Shown here: piece by piece, positions 19,345 through 28,801 of the stretch
How positions within the stretch are numbered: the first letter of the stretch is position 1
Layout: each line of letters opens with the position of its first letter
Assembly (NCBI GenBank): GCA_051531975.1
Contig: JAOPTT010000012.1
Span: forward strand, 1 to 64,000
DNA length: 64,000 bases
DNA from: Spirochaetaceae bacterium
GTDB taxonomy: Bacteria > Spirochaetota > Spirochaetia > DSM-2461
Reading direction: 5' to 3'
Position numbers and translations under genes: made by a program
The notes under the pieces: generated by a model
Told to the model about the DNA's origin: nothing
What the model saw: only the letters and a program-made list of their open reading frames with translations
Database searches by the model: none

Positions 19345-21220
19345 TTTAGCATTAATACAGGTTAATGAATTGTTAAACAAAACAGATATAGAGTGGGAAC
19401 TAATAACACTTGATTCCTATGGTGATAAAAACAGAGATATCTCGTTAATGGAGAACCCTATTAAGGATATTTTCACAAAAGAATTAGATACTGCAATTTT
19501 AAATGATGATGGAGATATTGCAATTCACTCCGCTAAGGATCTTCCATATCCTCTACATCCAGATCTTGAAATAATTGCACTTATTCCTCCCTTTGATCAG
19601 ACAGACTCATTAGTTAGCAGAGACAATATAAAGTTAAAAGATCTGCCTAAAGGTTCCAAAATAGGAACAAGTAGCCCCCAGAGACAAAAACAGATATTAG
19701 ATAGAAACCCAGACTTAGAAATATTTAGTATTAGGGGAACAATTGAGCAGAGAATAGAGCAGGTAGATAATGGAGTTGTTGATTCTTTAATAGTTGCAAC
19801 GTGTGCGTTAAAAAGACTTGGTTTGGAAAATAGAATAGCTGAAGTATTAGACTTTGATACACATCCTCTACAGGGGTATCTAGCAGTAACTTCTAAAAGA
19901 AATAATCTATCAGTTAGAAATATTTTTTCTGAACTTGATGTATTAAAAAACTATGGAGAAGTTGATCTTATTGGTTTTGGTCCAGGGAATCCTGATCTAT
20001 TAACTATTAAAGCAGATAATAAACTAAAAAATGCAGATATTATTTTCTACGATGCCCTTATACCAGAGGATTTTTTAGATAACTACCCAGGTAAAAAAGT
20101 CTACGTAGGTAAAAGAAAGGATTGTCACAGTTTTAATCAGGAAGAGATCTGTAAAAAACTATACTTTGCAGCAAGAGATGGTAACAAAGTTGTTAGATTA
20201 AAAGGTGGAGATCCTTTTATATTTGGTAGGGGGGGAGAGGAGTCTGATTATTTGGAATCCAGGTTAATAAATGTAATTACAACTCCTGGAATAACTGCTG
20301 CTCAAGGAGCGGCTTCCAGTATAAATGTTCCACTAACAAAACGTGGTGTTTCTAGGGAATTAAGTCTGTATACTGCACATAAAGGTGAACTTGATTCAAC
20401 TTCTAAAACCCATGTCTTTTATATGGGTGGTACAAAGTTATCTGACATCCAAGAGAAACTACTTAAAATGGGAGAGAGTGAAGATACACCTATACTACTA
20501 ATTGAAAATGCAACACTGGATAATCAGTTTGAAATAAAAACTACTATAAAAAACATGCATAATGAAAAACCAAATCTACCGGTTATTATTATTTCAGGAG
20601 GTGTTTCTACTAATTATTTCCCCAAAAAATATATTTTAAATACTGGATTAAGAGCCAAGGATTATGGTCTAAAAGGGAAAGTTTTACATTATCCTCTTAT
20701 TTCCATAAAAAAACTTGAAATAGATGTAGATATTAACTTATATAACACCGTTATTTTTACAAGTATTACAGCTGTTAAACATTTTACTAAGAGCATAGAT
20801 ATTACAGGTAAAAAAATAATCTCTATTGGTTCAGGAACAACAAGGGCTTTAAAGAAGCTTGATATCGTTGTCGATTACGAGTCAACTAAACCAGACTCGG
20901 ATACTCTCTATAATGAGCTTTTAGATAAAAACTTTACAAAGATACTCTACCCGTGTTCTATGAAGTCTGATAATGAACTGCAAACTTTAAAAGATCTAGA
21001 ATCTCTCCCAATTTATACTACAGAACAATTGGAATTAGAAGATAAAATAGATTTAAACAGAGTTGAGTCTATAATATTTACAAGCCCATCAACAGTAGAC
21101 AGTTTTGTATTAAACTTTAAAGAGATACCAAATGTTGATATTTTTTGTTTTGGTAAATTTACAGAGAGTAGAATTAACTATTATAAGGAAGGTTTAAATG
21201 TACAAACGATTTCATTATAA
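19310..21220 (+). CDS. hemC: Fusion of porphobilinogen deaminase, uroporphyrinogen-III C-methyltransferase and uroporphyrinogen-III synthase (HemC-CobA-HemD)
   Basis: SRKSNLALIQ, HSAKDLP, IGTSS (HemC); GFGPGNPDLLT, RLKGGDPFIFGRGGEE (CobA); IFTS..AV, IFTSPSTV (HemD). Confidence 0.9.
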   Translation: MKKLKVLSRKSNLALIQVNELLNKTDIEWELITLDSYGDKNRDISLMENPIKDIFTKELDTAILNDDGDIAIHSAKDLPYPLHPDLEIIALIPPFDQTDSLVSRDNIKLKDLPKGSKIGTSSPQRQKQILDRNPDLEIFSIRGTIEQRIEQVDNGVVDSLIVATCALKRLGLENRIAEVLDFDTHPLQGYLAVTSKRNNLSVRNIFSELDVLKNYGEVDLIGFGPGNPDLLTIKADNKLKNADIIFYDALIPEDFLDNYPGKKVYVGKRKDCHSFNQEEICKKLYFAARDGNKVVRLKGGDPFIFGRGGEESDYLESRLINVITTPGITAAQGAASSINVPLTKRGVSRELSLYTAHKGELDSTSKTHVFYMGGTKLSDIQEKLLKMGESEDTPILLIENATLDNQFEIKTTIKNMHNEKPNLPVIIISGGVSTNYFPKKYILNTGLRAKDYGLKGKVLHYPLISIKKLEIDVDINLYNTVIFTSITAVKHFTKSIDITGKKIISIGSGTTRALKKLDIVVDYESTKPDSDTLYNELLDKNFTKILYPCSMKSDNELQTLKDLESLPIYTTEQLELEDKIDLNRVESIIFTSPSTVDSFVLNFKEIPNVDIFCFGKFTESRINYYKEGLNVQTISL

Positions 21221-22139
21221 AAGGGAATCCGAAGAGATCCGACTAAAACATAGACAGACCTTTTTATATAAAGAGGACTTTATATTACCTCTATTTATTG
21301 TAGAGGGTGATGATGTAAAAACTGAAATCCCATCTATGCCAGAAGTTTATCACTTCTCTATAGATAGGGTATTATTATATCTAGATAAGATGATAGAACT
21401 AGGACTAACAAGTGTTCTGCTGTTTGGTATCCCTGATAAAAAAGGTATCAAAGAAGCACTGGATGGAATAGTTCAAAAAGCTGTTAAAGCCATTAAAGCT
21501 AAGTTTCCTGGGTTAGAAGTTATTACTGATGTGTGCCTATGCTCCTACACAGAAAATGGACACTGTCATATAGGTGATAATGATGAAACTTGTAAGATCC
21601 TAGCTGATGTCGCTTTAAGTCATGTAAAAGCCGGAGCTGACATAGTTGCACCATCGGATATGATGGACGGAAGAGTTTATCACATTAAAAACAAACTTGA
21701 TGAAAATGGTTATAACGATATTCCAGTAATGTCCTATGCTGCTAAATATGCGTCTAACTTTTATGGCCCTTTTAGGGATGCCGCAGATTGTGCTCCTGAA
21801 ACCGGAGACAGAAAATCTTACCAGATGGACTACTGTAACAGGGATGAAGCAATAGAAGAGGTTTTTGAAGATATAGTTGAGGGAGCTAAACAGATTATTA
21901 TTAAGCCAGCCCTATCATATCTTGATATTATTAGGGATGTAAAAGATAAAATTGATCTGCCTGTTATTGGTTATAACGTATCTGGTGAGTATAAAATGAT
22001 CTATGAATCAGTTAAACAAGGCTGGGCATCTGAGGATCTAATTAACGAGACTATTATATCTCTAAAACGAGCAGGATGTGATAGGATTATTACATATTTT
22101 ACCCCATATTTATTGGAGAAATTAAGTGAGCAAGTCTAA
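21198..22139 (+). CDS. hemB: Porphobilinogen synthase
   Basis: DVCLCSYTENGHC, APSDMMDGRV, YGPFRDA, YNVSGEY. Confidence 0.96.
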   Translation: MYKRFHYKRESEEIRLKHRQTFLYKEDFILPLFIVEGDDVKTEIPSMPEVYHFSIDRVLLYLDKMIELGLTSVLLFGIPDKKGIKEALDGIVQKAVKAIKAKFPGLEVITDVCLCSYTENGHCHIGDNDETCKILADVALSHVKAGADIVAPSDMMDGRVYHIKNKLDENGYNDIPVMSYAAKYASNFYGPFRDAADCAPETGDRKSYQMDYCNRDEAIEEVFEDIVEGAKQIIIKPALSYLDIIRDVKDKIDLPVIGYNVSGEYKMIYESVKQGWASEDLINETIISLKRAGCDRIITYFTPYLLEKLSEQV

Positions 22140-23394
22140 AGAACTTTTTAATAGAGCAGTTAAGCTAATTCCTGGTGGAGTTAACTCTCCTGTTAGAGCA
22201 TTTAATAGTGTTGGTGGTACACCTCCATTTATTGAAAGAGGGGAAAAACAGTGGATTTGGGATGTTGATGGTAATAAATATATGGACTTTTTATCATCCT
22301 GGGGACCACTAATTTTAGGTCATGCTAATAAACAGGTTGAAGATGCTACTATTAATACTTTAAAAAAAGGGTTCTCTTTTGGAGCACCTACAGAAGTTGA
22401 AGTAGAACTTGCAGAACTGGTTGTAGATGCTGTTCCATCTATAGAGAGGGTTAGGTTTGTTAACTCCGGTACTGAAGCTGTAATGTCTGCACTTAGATTA
22501 GCTAGAGCTTTTACTGGCAAAAATAAAATAATCAAATTTGATGGTTGTTATCATGGGCACAGTGATTCTATGTTAGTTTCTGCTGGTTCCGGGATGGTAT
22601 CAAAACCCTCTTCAGGTGGAGTTCCAGATAGCTTTTTAGAACATACAATATCTATTCCATTTAATAATAAAATGGCTGTTGAAGAAGTTATAAATAGTTC
22701 AGATGATATCGCCTGTATAATATTAGAACCAGTCCCAGGGAATATGGGTGTAATTCTCTCTAAAGATGGATATCTGCAGTTTTTAAGGGATATAACAGAA
22801 AAACATAACATTATATTGATTTTTGATGAGGTTATTACAGGCTTTAGACTATCTTTAGGTGGAGCTCAGGAACTATTTGATATAACACCAGACTTAACAA
22901 CTCTTGGTAAAATTATTGGTGGTGGTTTCCCAGTTGGTGCATATGGTGGTAAAAAAGAGATTATGGATATGGTAGCTCCCTTAGGAGAGATGTATCAGGC
23001 TGGAACACTATCCGGAAACCCTGTGGCAATGACAGCAGGGATTGCAACTTTAAAACAGCTAAAAGCAGAAAACTTCTATAATGAACTTAATAAAAAATCA
23101 GAGAACTTCATAAAGTATTTAAGGGAATTAACAGAAGATCTTCCTATCACAATTAACTCTATAGGTTCTATGTTTACTATCTTTTTTACAAAGGAAGAAG
23201 TAGTAGACTATAACTCTGCATTAAAAACAGATACAGAACTTTTTAAAGTCTATTTCCATAAACTTCTAGAAAATAATTATAACATATCTCCTTCAGCATT
23301 TGAGACAGGATTTATTTCATCTGTTTTAACAGAGCAGAACCTTCTAAATGCAGCAGATGATATTGTAAAAACTATTAGAGGAATATTAGGATAG
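22126..23394 (+). CDS. hemL: Glutamate-1-semialdehyde 2,1-aminomutase
   Basis: PGGVNSPVRA, NSGTEA, DEVITGFR, LGKIIGGG. Confidence 0.97.
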   Translation: MSKSKELFNRAVKLIPGGVNSPVRAFNSVGGTPPFIERGEKQWIWDVDGNKYMDFLSSWGPLILGHANKQVEDATINTLKKGFSFGAPTEVEVELAELVVDAVPSIERVRFVNSGTEAVMSALRLARAFTGKNKIIKFDGCYHGHSDSMLVSAGSGMVSKPSSGGVPDSFLEHTISIPFNNKMAVEEVINSSDDIACIILEPVPGNMGVILSKDGYLQFLRDITEKHNIILIFDEVITGFRLSLGGAQELFDITPDLTTLGKIIGGGFPVGAYGGKKEIMDMVAPLGEMYQAGTLSGNPVAMTAGIATLKQLKAENFYNELNKKSENFIKYLRELTEDLPITINSIGSMFTIFFTKEEVVDYNSALKTDTELFKVYFHKLLENNYNISPSAFETGFISSVLTEQNLLNAADDIVKTIRGILG

Positions 23395-23450
23395 AAATAT
23401 CTATATATAGATTTTTATACCTATTACATTTATGTGACTATTTTTCTTAA

Positions 23451-23499
23451 ATTGTGCTTTTAATCACAATAAGTTCTAAAATCCGTAACATATATCACA
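23451..23499. promoter_or_regulatory. Two Crp/Fnr- or Rex-like boxes upstream of FNT-asrABC
   Basis: ATTGTG-CTTTTAAT-CACAAT (23451-23470) and CGTAA-CATATA-TCACA (23484-23499). Confidence 0.5.
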
Positions 23500-23548
23500 C
23501 ATTACTAGTAGGAAATATGTTAAGATCATCACTTTAGGAGAAATAAAT

Positions 23549-24322
23549 ATGTATAGTGCAACACTAGAAGCCCTGGGTAAATCAGCCCAGGTTAAGGCAA
23601 ACTTTGTTAAAAGCAGTAAAGGTAAATATCTTACAGCATCTGCGTTAGCTGGTTTGTATGTCGGTCTTGGAATTTTATTAATTATGACTGTAGGTGGTCT
23701 ATTATCAGCAGCAGGTTCCCCAGCTACTAAAATTGTAATGGGTGTATCATTTGGTATAGCTTTAAGTCTTGTTATTATGGCAGGTTCAGAACTTTTTACA
23801 GGTAATAACCTTGTTATGACTGCAGGAGCTCTGGATAAGAAAGTTACTTGGAAAAGTGCTTTAAGTGTCTGGTTTTTCAGTTACATTGGTAACTTTATAG
23901 GATCATTTTTTGTTGGATATCTATTTGTTATGACAGGTGCAGTTGATGGTGTTGTAGGAGAATTTGTATTAAAAGTTTCTGCGGGTAAAATGGGTGGAGA
24001 GTTTATTCCTCTTATGTTTAAAGGGATATTATGTAATGTCCTTGTATGTCTTGCAGTATTAACTTCAATTAAGATGAAAAGTGAATCTGGTAAACTTATA
24101 ATGATATTCTGGTGTCTTTTTGCCTTTATTACATCGGGTTTTGAGCACAGCATTGCAAATATGACTATTTTTACTATTGGATTATTAATGGAACACCCAG
24201 ATACAGTTTCTATTGTAGGTATGTTTCAAAATCTTATTCCAGTAACTCTAGGTAACTTCATTGGTGGAGCAGTGATACTTGGTGGTAGCTATTTTTATAT
24301 GGGTAAAAAAAGTGAAGCTTAA
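23549..24322 (+). CDS. Formate/nitrite transporter family channel (hydrosulfide/nitrite)
   Basis: ELFTGN, GILCNVLVCLA, GFEHSIANM, TLGNFIGG; linked to asrABC. Confidence 0.92.
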   Translation: MYSATLEALGKSAQVKANFVKSSKGKYLTASALAGLYVGLGILLIMTVGGLLSAAGSPATKIVMGVSFGIALSLVIMAGSELFTGNNLVMTAGALDKKVTWKSALSVWFFSYIGNFIGSFFVGYLFVMTGAVDGVVGEFVLKVSAGKMGGEFIPLMFKGILCNVLVCLAVLTSIKMKSESGKLIMIFWCLFAFITSGFEHSIANMTIFTIGLLMEHPDTVSIVGMFQNLIPVTLGNFIGGAVILGGSYFYMGKKSEA

Positions 24323-25322
24323 TTTAAGCACTATAGACACTAATAATGTCTTTGATAAACTTCGTGAGGAATATAAAATTTATGGTCCTGTAAAAAGAGA
24401 CTTTAAAGGTACTATGTCTGATACTCCATCTATTAGATATGAAGAAGTAAATTATATTAACGAAATTGAGTTTGATGAAAAGTCAGATTTTTCAGCAAAA
24501 GAGATAATACTTCCAATTACACAAGTCCTATTTACCTTCACTGAAGAGGAGTATTCAGAACCTACTAAGAGTCAGGATAAAATTCTTCTTTTTGTTAGAG
24601 CTTGTGATATAAATGGTATTAGAAGTTTAGATCTAATGTACCAAAATAATGGCCCTAAAGATGAATATTACTGCCAAGCAAGAGAGAGAATAACTTTTGT
24701 ATTAATAGGTTGTGAAAAATCCTTTAGAAACTGTTTCTGTGTATCAATGGGCAGTAACAAATCAGATAACTACGCTCTTGGTTTTAAACCAGTTGGTGAT
24801 AATGTTCATATTGAAGTTAAAGATGATAATTTTTCAAAATATTTTGATGAACCAACTGATGATAAATTTGACTTTGAAATGGATTTTGTAACAGAGAATA
24901 AAGAGGTTGTAAATCTTCCTATAATTAAAGATACAAAAATTGTATCAGAATTAGATACATGGAGAGAGTACGACTCAAGATGTATAGGTTGTGGTAAGTG
25001 TAACTTTGTATGTCCAACTTGTTCATGTTTTGCAATGCAGGATGTCTATTATCAGGAAAATAAAAATATTGGTGAAAGAAGAAGAGTTTGGGCTTCATGT
25101 CAAATAGAGGGCTATTCAGATATGGCTGGAGGTCACAGTTTTAGACAAAAAAATGGTGATAAAATGAGATTCAAAGCCCTTCATAAGGTTCATGATTTTA
25201 AACAGCGGTTTGGAGAACATATGTGTACAGGTTGTGGTCGATGTACTGATGCTTGTCCATCCTATATATCTTTTTCAGCAACTATTAATAAGCTGGATAA
25301 AGCTGTAAAGGAGTTATCATAA
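24312..25322 (+). CDS. asrA: Anaerobic sulfite reductase subunit A
   Basis: RACDI, CFCVSMG, CIGCGKCNFVCPTC, CTGCGRCTDACP; GTG 24312 likely start. Confidence 0.92.
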   Translation: MKLNLSTIDTNNVFDKLREEYKIYGPVKRDFKGTMSDTPSIRYEEVNYINEIEFDEKSDFSAKEIILPITQVLFTFTEEEYSEPTKSQDKILLFVRACDINGIRSLDLMYQNNGPKDEYYCQARERITFVLIGCEKSFRNCFCVSMGSNKSDNYALGFKPVGDNVHIEVKDDNFSKYFDEPTDDKFDFEMDFVTENKEVVNLPIIKDTKIVSELDTWREYDSRCIGCGKCNFVCPTCSCFAMQDVYYQENKNIGERRRVWASCQIEGYSDMAGGHSFRQKNGDKMRFKALHKVHDFKQRFGEHMCTGCGRCTDACPSYISFSATINKLDKAVKELS

Positions 25323-26116
25323 TGTCGAATATATATATGCCTTTAAAATCAGAAATAAAAAAAATTGAACAACATACTGAGATAGAATATACATTCAGCA
25401 TGGATTATTCCGGAGATGTAGTACCTGGACAGTTTTTCCAAGTATCTATACCAAAATATGGAGAATGTCCAATATCAGTATCAGGAATAACAGAAGATAC
25501 AATAGACTTTACTATAAGAAAAGTTGGCCAGGTAACTAATGAGTTATTCAAATTTAAGCAGGGTGAAAGCTTCTTTATTAGAGGTCCCTACGGTAATGGA
25601 TTTGATATAAATAATTACAAAGGTAAACACCTTGTTGTTGTTGCTGGTGGAAGTGGTCTTGCTCCTGTTAAAGGGATAATAGATGAAGTATATAAAGATA
25701 GTTCATTGGTTCCATCCTTTGATCTAATAGCTGGTTTTAAATCCCCAGAGTTAATTCTATTTAAAGATGATCTTGATAAATGGAATACAAGTAATCTTAA
25801 CGTTATTACAACAGTTGATGGTGCTTATGAGGGATACCCTGGGAAAACAGGACTTGTTACTGAGTATATTCCAGGATTAGAAATAAAAGATAAAAACAAT
25901 GTTGAAATTGTTATTGTTGGACCTCCAATGATGATGAAATTCACAGTACAGGCATTTCTTAAAAAAGGTATTCCAGAAGATAAAATTTGGGTCTCTTATG
26001 AGAGAAAGATGCATTGTGGTTTAGGAAAATGTGGTGGTTGTAGAATGGACAGTAAATATATTTGTCTTGATGGACCAGTATTTAATTATGTTGAAGCAAA
26101 AAAACTTTTTGATTAG
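25322..26116 (+). CDS. asrB: Anaerobic sulfite reductase subunit B
   Basis: RGPYGNGF, AGGSGLAP, ERKMHCGLGKCGGC..CLDGPVF. Confidence 0.93.
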   Translation: MSNIYMPLKSEIKKIEQHTEIEYTFSMDYSGDVVPGQFFQVSIPKYGECPISVSGITEDTIDFTIRKVGQVTNELFKFKQGESFFIRGPYGNGFDINNYKGKHLVVVAGGSGLAPVKGIIDEVYKDSSLVPSFDLIAGFKSPELILFKDDLDKWNTSNLNVITTVDGAYEGYPGKTGLVTEYIPGLEIKDKNNVEIVIVGPPMMMKFTVQAFLKKGIPEDKIWVSYERKMHCGLGKCGGCRMDSKYICLDGPVFNYVEAKKLFD

Positions 26117-26122
26117 GAGATC

Positions 26123-27100
26123 ATGATGGATATTAATACAAAGAAACTTACAAAAAATGCCTATCGTGTAACGAAAGAGAGGTATATAACATGTTTAAGA
26201 GTCAGGGTTCCTGGTGGTCGAATTGAGGCGAAACACCTTACTGTACTACAGGATGTAGCTGAAAATTATGGGTCTGGAGATCTGCACTTAACTACAAGAC
26301 AGGGATTTGAAATTCCAGGAATACCAGTTGAATTGGTTGATGAAGTTAATAAGAAGATTCAATCTGTAATTGAAGGTTTGGAAATAAACCAAGTAGATCC
26401 AGGTACTGGATATCCTGCAGCAGGAACTAGAAATGTTTCAGCATGTATTGGTAACAGAGTCTGCCCTAAGGGACAATACGAGACTAGTGGTTTTGCTAAG
26501 AGAATTGAGGATGCAATATTCCCTAATAACCTTCATGTTAAAATAGCTTTAACAGGTTGTCCTAACGACTGTATAAAAGCAAGAATGCACGATTTTGGTA
26601 TTATTGGTATGACACTTCCTGAATACGATAGACAAAAATGTATATCATGTAAAAGATGTGTTACTAAATGTAAAAACCTATCAACAGAAGCATTAAAGAT
26701 GGAAAACTATAAAATAGTTCGAGATCATGATAAATGTATCGGTTGTGGTGAGTGTGTTTTAAACTGTCCTACAGGTGCTTGGACAAGAAATGAGAGTAAA
26801 TATTATAGATTAGCAATAATGGGTAGAACAGGTAAAAAAAATCCAAGACTTGCTGAAGACTTTATTCTCTGGGCTGATGAAGCTAGTGTATTAAAAATTA
26901 TATTAAATACATACGAGTTTGTAGAGAAGTACATAGACAGATCTCTAGCTAAAGAGCACATTGGGTATATTGTAGATCGAGTTGGATTTAAAGAGTATCG
27001 TAAGTGGGCATTAAAAGATGTTGATCTTCCAGAACTTGGAAAAGCTGCACAAAGTATCTACTGGTCTGGTGTTCATTATAAAACTAACCTTTTTATGTAA
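26123..27100 (+). CDS. asrC: Anaerobic sulfite reductase subunit C
   Basis: TTRQGFEI, CIGNRVC, GCPNDC, two 4Fe-4S motifs. Confidence 0.94.
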   Translation: MMDINTKKLTKNAYRVTKERYITCLRVRVPGGRIEAKHLTVLQDVAENYGSGDLHLTTRQGFEIPGIPVELVDEVNKKIQSVIEGLEINQVDPGTGYPAAGTRNVSACIGNRVCPKGQYETSGFAKRIEDAIFPNNLHVKIALTGCPNDCIKARMHDFGIIGMTLPEYDRQKCISCKRCVTKCKNLSTEALKMENYKIVRDHDKCIGCGECVLNCPTGAWTRNESKYYRLAIMGRTGKKNPRLAEDFILWADEASVLKIILNTYEFVEKYIDRSLAKEHIGYIVDRVGFKEYRKWALKDVDLPELGKAAQSIYWSGVHYKTNLFM

Positions 27101-27117
27101 CTTAAACAGTTATATAA

Positions 27118-27162
27118 GTCCTTCATCTAAAATATTTAATTTAGATGAAGGACATTTTTTTT
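27118..27162. terminator. Intrinsic terminator between convergent asrC and hcp
   Basis: 14-bp stem GTCCTTCATCTAAA / TTTAGATGAAGGAC followed by T-run. Confidence 0.85.
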
Positions 27163-28468
27163 ATTTGAGTTTATCACCCCAGTCATCATCTACATTTGTT
27201 GTATAACTTAAGCTAAATTGATCAACTAAGAAATTAATTATGTCCTCGTTAAAAAATTGAGCAGGTTTTGGTCCAACTTTAATGTTTTTAATTCCAAGAC
27301 TAAATAGTCCTAAAAGTATAATTACTGCTTTTTGTTCCATCCACATTAACTGAATATTTAATGGTAGTTCGTTAACAGGAGTATCTAAAGCATCACTTAA
27401 TGCAAGAGCGATTTCAACTGCACCATAACTATCGTTACACTGTCCTAAATCTAAATATCTAGGAATCTCAGTTCCTGGTACTAATCCAAAATCAATATCA
27501 TTAAATCGGAACTTACCACAACTCGAAGTTAATAAAACTGTTGTTTTAGGTAGTTTTGAAGCTAACTCTCTAAAATATTCACCATCTTTACCTGGAGCAT
27601 CACAACCAGCAATTACAAAGAAGTTTTTAATCTTTCCACTTTTAACTGCATCTAATATCTGAGGTGCTAAAGTTAATACTGTTTTAAAACTGTGCCCAGT
27701 CATAATTGTGTCTGTAGAATCAAACCCTTCCGCATCAGGTAGTGCTAGAGTCTGTTTAATAATTTCATCAAAATTATCATTTTCAATTCTTTTAATGCCA
27801 TCTACACCAGTTATAGAATAAGCATAAAATCTATCAAGATAAGTTGAGCTTTTAGGTGGTTTCTGAATACAGTTAGTATTCATTATTATTGTTCCATTCC
27901 ACTTTTCAAATAATTTCTTCTGATCATGCCATGCACCACCAATATTACCTTTTAAATGTGAATACTTTCTTAATTCAGGATAACCATGTGCGGGTAACAT
28001 TTCAGAATGTGTATATACATTTATTCCTTTACCTTCAGTCGCTTCTAATAACTTTTTAAACATTTTTAAGTTATGACCAGAAACCAGAATACATTTACCC
28101 TCAGCTTTGTTTTGTGCCACTTTAATTGGAGTCGGAGTACCATATGTTTCATGATGGATATCACCTAATGTTTGCATACTTTTAACACCAGCACTACCAA
28201 TTTCCATTAACATATCGATATGATCTTGGAAGTTAAAGTTTGCATTAGTAATTCCGAAATAAAGTGCTTTTGTTGTTACATCATCTAGCTCTTTTACATC
28301 TGCACCTAACTCGTTGGCATGATATCTATAAGCAGCCATACCTTTTAAACCAAAAATCATTGTATCCTGTAGTCTTGCAAGATTTTCATCTTTACCACAA
28401 GTACCCATTGCTTGACCCTTTGAACCACAACCATCAGGTGCGGACATTTCACATTGATAACAAAACAT
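27161..28468 (-). CDS. hcp: Hybrid cluster protein (hydroxylamine/NO reductase), short form
   Basis: MFCYQC..C..CGK, YTHSEMLPAH, AGCD, LDLGQCNDS, WMEQKA. Confidence 0.94.
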   Translation of the reverse strand: MFCYQCEMSAPDGCGSKGQAMGTCGKDENLARLQDTMIFGLKGMAAYRYHANELGADVKELDDVTTKALYFGITNANFNFQDHIDMLMEIGSAGVKSMQTLGDIHHETYGTPTPIKVAQNKAEGKCILVSGHNLKMFKKLLEATEGKGINVYTHSEMLPAHGYPELRKYSHLKGNIGGAWHDQKKLFEKWNGTIIMNTNCIQKPPKSSTYLDRFYAYSITGVDGIKRIENDNFDEIIKQTLALPDAEGFDSTDTIMTGHSFKTVLTLAPQILDAVKSGKIKNFFVIAGCDAPGKDGEYFRELASKLPKTTVLLTSSCGKFRFNDIDFGLVPGTEIPRYLDLGQCNDSYGAVEIALALSDALDTPVNELPLNIQLMWMEQKAVIILLGLFSLGIKNIKVGPKPAQFFNEDIINFLVDQFSLSYTTNVDDDWGDKLK

Positions 28469-28801
28469 TTTATATTCTCCTATTTCTTCTTATATATATA
28501 TAACGTTAAGTTATTTTGATTGTAAATACTATATTTTTTTATAAAATATTTGTATTATTAATTGGGGAAAACAAAATTATTTATCTAGTAAAGCTATTAA
28601 GCCCAATTATACTTACAAGTATTACCTATATATGTGATTTTTATAAGTAATAAATGCAAGTAGACGTAGTCAGTCGTTATTCACGCTTTTAAATAAAAAA
28701 TAGTAACACTAAAATATCAAACAACTGTTAAACTCTTTAATTGGCTCTAATATAAATAAAAAATAATTGGTCAATATCTCAATAGATAAGGATAATTAAA
28801 A

